NCBI GenBank assembly: GCA_028687915.1
Contig: JAQTZF010000001.1
Location: forward strand, 674,634 to 738,633
Length of the DNA stretch: 64,000 nucleotides
Reading direction: 5' to 3'
Source of the DNA: Candidatus Daviesbacteria bacterium
Lineage (GTDB): Bacteria > Patescibacteriota > Microgenomatia > Daviesbacterales > UBA10151
The notes under the pieces are model-generated. The model was not told where the DNA came from. It ran no database searches and was given only the letters and a program-made list of their open reading frames with translations. Shown here one piece after another: positions 58,760 through 64,000 of this stretch. Each line of letters opens with the position of its first letter. The first letter of the stretch is position 1. A program made the position numbers and the translations under genes.

Positions 58760-60462
58760 AAAAAGGTTATATTTTCTTATTAATTCTGGTTGGCATAATA
58801 GTTTTCTTTAATGTGCTCTTTAATGGTTTTGTTTGGGATGATGAAGAGCAAATCCTAAACAACGTAGCTATACACTCCATAACAAATTTTCCCAATTTTT
58901 TTTCCGGCAGCACTTTTAATACAGGCGGGTCAGGTTCTTTAGGAGGGCTTTATTACAAGCCATTAATGACAACAGCATTTTCAATAATTTATAGCTTATT
59001 TGGACCCTCTCCATTCTTTTTCCATTTTTTTCAGGTTACATTACATATCATTAACTCGATAATTTTATTTTTGGTTCTAAGATATTTGTTTAAAACTTCC
59101 GGAAAGGATTTAATTTCTTTTATTATTTCTTTAATCTTTTTGGTTCATCCTATAAATGTAGAGGCTGTAGTATATATATCTGATTTTCAGGAAGTATTAT
59201 TTTTCTTTTTTGGAATCCTTGCATTTTGGTTAATAGTTTCTAAAAGACTTACATCTTTTAAAAAATATTTTTTACTCTTCTTATTTATGCTTAGCTCCTT
59301 ACTTTCAAAAGAAAGTGGCTTACTTTTTATTTTAATAATTGCCTTATATACCCTAATATTTTCAAGAAATTATTTACGCAATATTTTAATTACAATATTA
59401 ACCACAGTTGCAACTTATTCCTTTTTGCGATTTATCATAGCAGGTATATATTTTAATAAGCATGGCCTTACACCAATATCAATATTACCTGTTCAGGAAA
59501 GGTTGGTAAGTGTACCGAAAATTATTGTATTTTATTTTAAGACTTTTATTTATCCTGTTAATTTATCAATTAGCCAACACTGGATAGTAAAAAACCTGAA
59601 TACACCGGACTTCTTTTTACCACTATTGTTATGTTTATTAATCACCATAGTATTTGGGCTAATTTTCTCATTTCTAAAATCTAAAAAGAGTGATTATCTA
59701 AAACTTTATATATTTTTTATTATCTGGCTAGTTATTGGTATAACGCTGCATTTGCAGATTATTTTCCCGCTTGATATGACAGTTTCAGATCGTTGGTTCT
59801 ATTTTCCAATAATTGGGCTTTTGGGGGTACTTGGGGTTGTGTTTAGCCAATTTAAGTATAATAACCGGATTAAAAATATAGCTTTTTTGTCCCTAGGTAT
59901 TATTATCATCCTATTAAGTATTCGAACAATTAACAGAAACTCCAACTGGAAGGATGGTTTAACCTTATATGGTCATGATGTTTTAGTCTATAATCCTGCA
60001 TTTGATTTAGAGAATAATTATGGAGTAGAACTTTTTCGCGCCAACAGATTTGATGAAGCAGAAAAACATTTTGCGATTTCCACGCAAGTTGCCCCTAACT
60101 GGTGGACTAACTGGAGTAATTTAGGAGTTATTGCAGAAAGAAAGAATAAAATAGAAGAAGCTAAAATTTATTACCAAAGGGCAATTGATAACGGACAATA
60201 CTATTTGGCATATCAAAACCTGGCAAAAATATATTTAGTTTATGAAAGTCCACAAAAGACCGTGGATTTTTGCGAACAATCGTTAAAAATACTGCCAAAT
60301 AACGGATCCCTTTGGACTGTGCTATCCATTGCAGAATATAAATTGAAGCAGACAGACAAATCAATTATTGCCATAAAGAATGCTTATGCTTTAGAGCCAA
60401 ACCAACAAAATTCTTATATCTATTCACGTTTAATACAAAACCTACCTTTAGAGGTACAATAA
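58714..60462 (+). CDS. GT-C fold (PMT/TMTC-like) membrane glycosyltransferase with C-terminal TPR repeats
   Basis: Polytopic, with VWDDEEQI DE motif. TPR repeats in the last ~150 aa. Confidence 0.4.
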   Translation: MIYHILKLPKRNSMTKKGYIFLLILVGIIVFFNVLFNGFVWDDEEQILNNVAIHSITNFPNFFSGSTFNTGGSGSLGGLYYKPLMTTAFSIIYSLFGPSPFFFHFFQVTLHIINSIILFLVLRYLFKTSGKDLISFIISLIFLVHPINVEAVVYISDFQEVLFFFFGILAFWLIVSKRLTSFKKYFLLFLFMLSSLLSKESGLLFILIIALYTLIFSRNYLRNILITILTTVATYSFLRFIIAGIYFNKHGLTPISILPVQERLVSVPKIIVFYFKTFIYPVNLSISQHWIVKNLNTPDFFLPLLLCLLITIVFGLIFSFLKSKKSDYLKLYIFFIIWLVIGITLHLQIIFPLDMTVSDRWFYFPIIGLLGVLGVVFSQFKYNNRIKNIAFLSLGIIIILLSIRTINRNSNWKDGLTLYGHDVLVYNPAFDLENNYGVELFRANRFDEAEKHFAISTQVAPNWWTNWSNLGVIAERKNKIEEAKIYYQRAIDNGQYYLAYQNLAKIYLVYESPQKTVDFCEQSLKILPNNGSLWTVLSIAEYKLKQTDKSIIAIKNAYALEPNQQNSYIYSRLIQNLPLEVQ

Positions 60463-60481
60463 TTTTGGTATACTAAAAATT

Positions 60482-61216
60482 ATGAAGAATAAAGTAATTA
60501 TTTTGTTAGTTTTAGTCACAATTTTTGGCTTATATCTTAATCGAAGTTATTCCAGAATATATAACAGGGATGAATCACAAATTTCTGACATTTCCTGGCA
60601 AAATCCAACTATAATTAAAAATCCAAATTTCCAAAATACTGTAAAGTATGTTGCCTTAGGTGACAGTCTAACAGTAGGGGTTGGAACTAATGATCGAACA
60701 AAAACTTTACCATATTTGATTAGTCAAAAATTAGCTGGCCAAATGTCTGTGTCATTTGTTAATTTAGCAGTCAGTGGTGCAACTGCAGAAAGTCTGATAA
60801 AGAATCAACTGAATAAGGCTGTGAATGAAAAACCAAACTATGTAACTATTCTGATAGGAACCAATGATTTGCATAGTCTTGTTTCAGTTGAAAAGTACAG
60901 TGAAGAAATGAATCACATAATTAGTTATTTAATAAAAAATACTCAGGCAAAAATAATTATGTTTAACATTCCATATTTAGGATCAGATAGCTTAATTGTT
61001 TTTCCTTATAATTATTTAGTGAATTATCAGGTAGAGAGATATAACCAGGTGCTTACAAAAATTGCAGAGAAGAATAATGTTACTTTGATTGATCTTTATA
61101 AACCAAGCAAAGAATATTTTTCCAAGCAATCAAACTTTTATTCCAGTGATAATTTTCATCCATCAGGAGATGGTTACATAATGTGGTCAAATTTAGTACC
61201 ATCAAAGGATCTTTAA
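60482..61216 (+). CDS. SGNH/GDSL hydrolase
   Basis: VALGDSLTVGVG and GTNDL blocks. Confidence 0.7.
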   Translation: MKNKVIILLVLVTIFGLYLNRSYSRIYNRDESQISDISWQNPTIIKNPNFQNTVKYVALGDSLTVGVGTNDRTKTLPYLISQKLAGQMSVSFVNLAVSGATAESLIKNQLNKAVNEKPNYVTILIGTNDLHSLVSVEKYSEEMNHIISYLIKNTQAKIIMFNIPYLGSDSLIVFPYNYLVNYQVERYNQVLTKIAEKNNVTLIDLYKPSKEYFSKQSNFYSSDNFHPSGDGYIMWSNLVPSKDL

Positions 61217-62367
61217 TTATGCCAATTCAAATTCAATCAGCAGAAATACAGACACAAATTTTTATAGCTATTCTAGTTCTGGCTATTTTAATAGGTGTAG
61301 CCAGAAGAAAAGAATCTATTTCTTTGGATGTTCAAACCAGCAATGAATTAAAGGGAGTAGGAATCTTAATGGTGGTTTTTGCCCATATTGGTTATTTTTT
61401 GGTATCAGACCATAGATTTCTTTTTCCTATATCTGTAGGAGGAGGAATTGGGGTAAATTTATTTTTCTTTTTATCAGGGTATGGTTTAACAATTTCATCT
61501 TTAAGAAATAAGCTTTCTATCTTAGATTTTTATAAAAAAAGAATAATTAAATTATTTATTCCTATGTGGATGATCTTAATTCTTTTTTTTACTTTAGATT
61601 TTTTTATATTAAACAGGGGATATTCTTTAATTGAAATAATCCAGTCTTTTCTTGGATATTTCCCTAAAGCCAGCTTAATTTATAATGTAAACTCACCTCT
61701 TTGGTTTATTACACCTATTTTATTTTATTATTTTATCTTTCCATTAATATTTAATAAGAAATACTTATCTCTGGTTGCTGTTTTATTAATGGGATCAACA
61801 TATTTGCTGTTATTTAGCCCTTTCATAAGGGATTTATTGGTAAATAATAACTTAGTAGCAGGAGATGTCTTAAGGTTATATAAAACTCATTTTATTGCTT
61901 TTCCTTTAGGCATCATTACTGCAGACTTAGCTACTAATAATTCTTACACCCGTAGTTTGTGGACAGCAATGGCCTCTAGATTTAGAAACCACTTAAATTT
62001 AGTTACACTCTTTAGGATAATTACAATTATTCTAGCTGCATATATCACAGGCTACACAGCTATTTATTCCGGAGTAGGTAAACCAGAATTAATTGAACAA
62101 AACATCAGTATGATTACAACTATTTCAATAATTTACTTATTTTCATTTAACTTTTTTAGATTTAGATTATTAGGGTTACTTGGTATTTTTTCTTATGAAA
62201 TATATTTATTGCATTGGCCAATTTTATCAAGATTTGATCTTCTTTATAAAAACTTTCCTCCTGCAATAGCCACTGTTTTATATTTAGTACTATTCCTGAT
62301 ACTTGGATATTTACTGGATAAAATTTCAAATCTAGCTTCTAACATATTTAGTCAGAAGAAAGGGTAA
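61183..62367 (+). CDS. Acyltransferase family 3 (OafA-like) membrane protein
   Basis: Polytopic. MVVFAHIGYF-type N-terminal block. Confidence 0.45.
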   Translation: MVKFSTIKGSLIMPIQIQSAEIQTQIFIAILVLAILIGVARRKESISLDVQTSNELKGVGILMVVFAHIGYFLVSDHRFLFPISVGGGIGVNLFFFLSGYGLTISSLRNKLSILDFYKKRIIKLFIPMWMILILFFTLDFFILNRGYSLIEIIQSFLGYFPKASLIYNVNSPLWFITPILFYYFIFPLIFNKKYLSLVAVLLMGSTYLLLFSPFIRDLLVNNNLVAGDVLRLYKTHFIAFPLGIITADLATNNSYTRSLWTAMASRFRNHLNLVTLFRIITIILAAYITGYTAIYSGVGKPELIEQNISMITTISIIYLFSFNFFRFRLLGLLGIFSYEIYLLHWPILSRFDLLYKNFPPAIATVLYLVLFLILGYLLDKISNLASNIFSQKKG

Positions 62368-62372
62368 TTTGT

Positions 62373-62987
62373 ATGGCTTATTTAATACTTGTCAGACATG
62401 GAGAGTCTATATGGAATGCCCAGGGCTTATGGACAGGACTTGTTGACGTAGATTTATCTCCAACTGGTATAATTGATGCTAAAGAAGCCGGACAATTAAT
62501 TAAGGGGATAAAGCCACAAATAGCCTTTACTTCTAAATTAAAAAGAGCTCAGCACACTCTAAAAGAAATACTCAGGGTTTTAGATATTGATCACATTCCC
62601 ACCTTTGAAACATCTGCTTTAAATGAACGGGATTACGGTGATTTTACAGGAAAAAATAAGTGGGAGATAGAAAAAGAGTATGGTCATAATCAATTTATTA
62701 AATGGAGAAGAGGATGGGATGTCCAGGTTCCTAATGGAGAAAGCTTAAAGGATGTTTATGAACGAGTTGTACCTTATTATGTTGAACACATTTTGCCAAA
62801 ACTTAAATCAGGTAAAAATGTGTTAGTTTCAGCCCATGGAAACAGCTTAAGGGCATTAGTAAAATATCTGGATGATATTTCAGATAAGGATATAACCAAG
62901 CTGGAATTAGAGTACTGTGAGGTCTATATTTACCAAATAAATGAAGATGGACAGATAATATCTAAAGAAGTAAGAGTAAAAGATTAA
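62373..62987 (+). CDS. gpmA: Histidine-phosphatase family, 2,3-bisphosphoglycerate-dependent phosphoglycerate mutase-like
   Basis: LVRHGESIWNAQGLWTG. Confidence 0.75.
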   Translation: MAYLILVRHGESIWNAQGLWTGLVDVDLSPTGIIDAKEAGQLIKGIKPQIAFTSKLKRAQHTLKEILRVLDIDHIPTFETSALNERDYGDFTGKNKWEIEKEYGHNQFIKWRRGWDVQVPNGESLKDVYERVVPYYVEHILPKLKSGKNVLVSAHGNSLRALVKYLDDISDKDITKLELEYCEVYIYQINEDGQIISKEVRVKD

Positions 62988-63427
62988 TTACCATATTTTG
63001 AAGATTTCCTGATAAGTTTTGCAGTATAAACTATTTCCCGAAGCTCTCCGTCTTCACCTTCTATCTCAGAAATACCCGACATTTTTTGAAATTCTCTTAA
63101 GTAGTCAGAAAGAGATGCCTGATTCTCAGACATTTCTGATTTTAAGGTTTTCACTTTTTCATTTAAGTCTGCTGCTTGTGGTTGTTTAAGAATTTGCTGT
63201 TTAGTATTAGATTTCACTCTGGCAGCTTCTTTTGCAGCTTTAGCATGAGTTGTATAAGTCTCATCGTTTTCAAAAATATCATTTAAAGCTTCCTGAAACT
63301 TGGTTACCTGTTCCTTTTGAACATCCAGAGTGGAAATAAGATTCTTGATCATTCCTTCCATGTTTAGAACTAATTCTGCGGAATCAACTTGTTTTGGTTT
63401 TACAATTGTTTGGTCGTCTTCGTCCAT
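62984..63427 (-). CDS. Hypothetical acidic coiled-coil protein (147 aa)
   Basis: ORF. Confidence 0.3.
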   Translation of the reverse strand: MDEDDQTIVKPKQVDSAELVLNMEGMIKNLISTLDVQKEQVTKFQEALNDIFENDETYTTHAKAAKEAARVKSNTKQQILKQPQAADLNEKVKTLKSEMSENQASLSDYLREFQKMSGISEIEGEDGELREIVYTAKLIRKSSKYGN

Positions 63428-63573
63428 GTTTTACTACTATAAACTCCCAAAGACAAAAAGTCTATAGTCTTTCTCAGGAGTTTAAGCTTTGCTTTTTCTA
63501 AAGGCTCTACGCGATTTGTTGCGCTATTATTGCGTGATTTATGGTATAATATGCTTTGTGTTAATATAAAAAT

Positions 63574-64000
63574 ATGTTTAAACCTGTATACAATATCTCA
63601 CCTCAAATTCTTAAAAACATCAGTGAAATTGCAGAGATTAAAGCTGTTATTGAAAGATCTAAAGTACTCCCTTTAAACGAGGCTCAATTAAAACGACAGG
63701 CAATTGTACGTATGGCACATACTTCTACATCTATTGAAGGAAATCCTCTGGCTGAGTTTCAGGTTGATAAAGTTTTGGCAGGTATGTCTATTAACGCTGA
63801 TGATAAATCTATTCAGGAAGTAAGAAATTACCAAAAAGTTTTACAAAGTATTGAACAAATGTCACCGAGTAAAAAATCTATAAGCATTGAAGATATCTTA
63901 AAGTTGCATGGACAGATGATGACAAATTTATTGGAGGATAAGAAAACAGGGCATTTTCGCCCTGGTCCAATTTTTGTGGTTGATGAACTAGGGGATGGGA
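63574..64000 (+). CDS. Fic/Fido-family protein, N-terminal part (3-prime end outside the window)
   Basis: N-terminal region pattern of Fic proteins. The HPFx(D/E)GNGR motif lies beyond the window, so this is tentative. Confidence 0.4.
   Translation, partial: MFKPVYNISPQILKNISEIAEIKAVIERSKVLPLNEAQLKRQAIVRMAHTSTSIEGNPLAEFQVDKVLAGMSINADDKSIQEVRNYQKVLQSIEQMSPSKKSISIEDILKLHGQMMTNLLEDKKTGHFRPGPIFVVDELGDG

Noticed and set aside
266-60364. Many short ORFs nested inside or antisense to long genes (for example 266..472, 893..1120, 1092..1424, 2957..3157, 4101..4286, 5822..6079, 6995..7228, 8109..8369, 8895..9098, 12982..13167, 13372..13608, 14226..14414, 14343..14594, 15852..16049, 20541..20801, 22387..22593, 24477..24668, 30791..31036, 32756..32950, 33955..34188, 38926..39138, 41106..41306, 41400..41648, 42182..42576, 42844..43186, 43531..43758, 45682..45885, 47792..48043, 49330..49524, 50754..51116, 51169..51420, 54496..54702, 57981..58184, 60161..60364)
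   Set aside because: These are shadow ORFs inside well-supported genes in this AT-rich sequence. They have no motifs and no independent signals.

Overview
This is an AT-rich (about one-third GC) bacterial window read in the standard genetic code. Its gene content (T4SS/sortase/GT-C-rich, few biosynthetic genes) resembles a small-genome Patescibacteria/CPR-like organism, which is my inference only. From 1 to 7.2 kb there is a Type I restriction-modification operon (hsdR truncated by the window edge, hsdM, hsdS). It is followed convergently by an 813-aa protein with a 4-Cys zinc ribbon and a C-terminal PD-(D/E)xK-type nuclease motif (PD...DAK), which I cannot place in a named family. From 7.2 to 26.0 kb lies what looks like an integrative conjugative element. 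It begins with a GC-rich non-coding island followed by a DUF1508/YegP gene, a membrane-anchored trypsin-like protease and a stand-alone FtsK-gamma winged-helix protein. It continues with a Gram-positive/CPR-style type IV secretion module: VirB2-like pilin, a pilin-VirB6 fusion, a VirB3-like protein, VirB4 split into two overlapping ORFs, an M23 hydrolase, a TM2 protein, a VirD4 coupling protein and a Replic_Relax protein. Cargo genes sit among them (GT1/4 glycosyltransferase, SemiSWEET, P2-type cation ATPase, low-affinity Fe permease). The island ends with a large serine recombinase whose 3-prime end overlaps tRNA-Lys(CUU). The remaining 38 kb is mostly housekeeping and cell-envelope genes: purA, purB, dus, yvcK/cofD-like, PAP2, dinB, ABC-F, sortase, a GH5-like hydrolase, nitroreductase, a NeuB-like fragment, a UXS-like epimerase, HIT, a CPBP protease, polysaccharide deacetylase, three or four GT-C paralogs with TPR domains, an SGNH hydrolase, acyltransferase-3, gpmA and a partial Fic gene. 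Seven tRNAs are present: Lys-CUU, Arg-UCG, His-GUG, Gly-UCC, Arg-UCU, Pro-UGG and Leu-UAA. Non-genic signals are a perfect 80-bp tandem duplication upstream of tRNA-Gly, a partial tRNA-Pro 3-prime copy interrupted by a 55-nt palindromic insert, a GGTTCT/AAGACC repeat cluster, and a recurring promoter architecture in which a CTATAG element abuts the -35 hexamer in front of at least five genes. No CRISPR array or rRNA was seen. All family assignments come from motifs read by eye and were not checked against any database.
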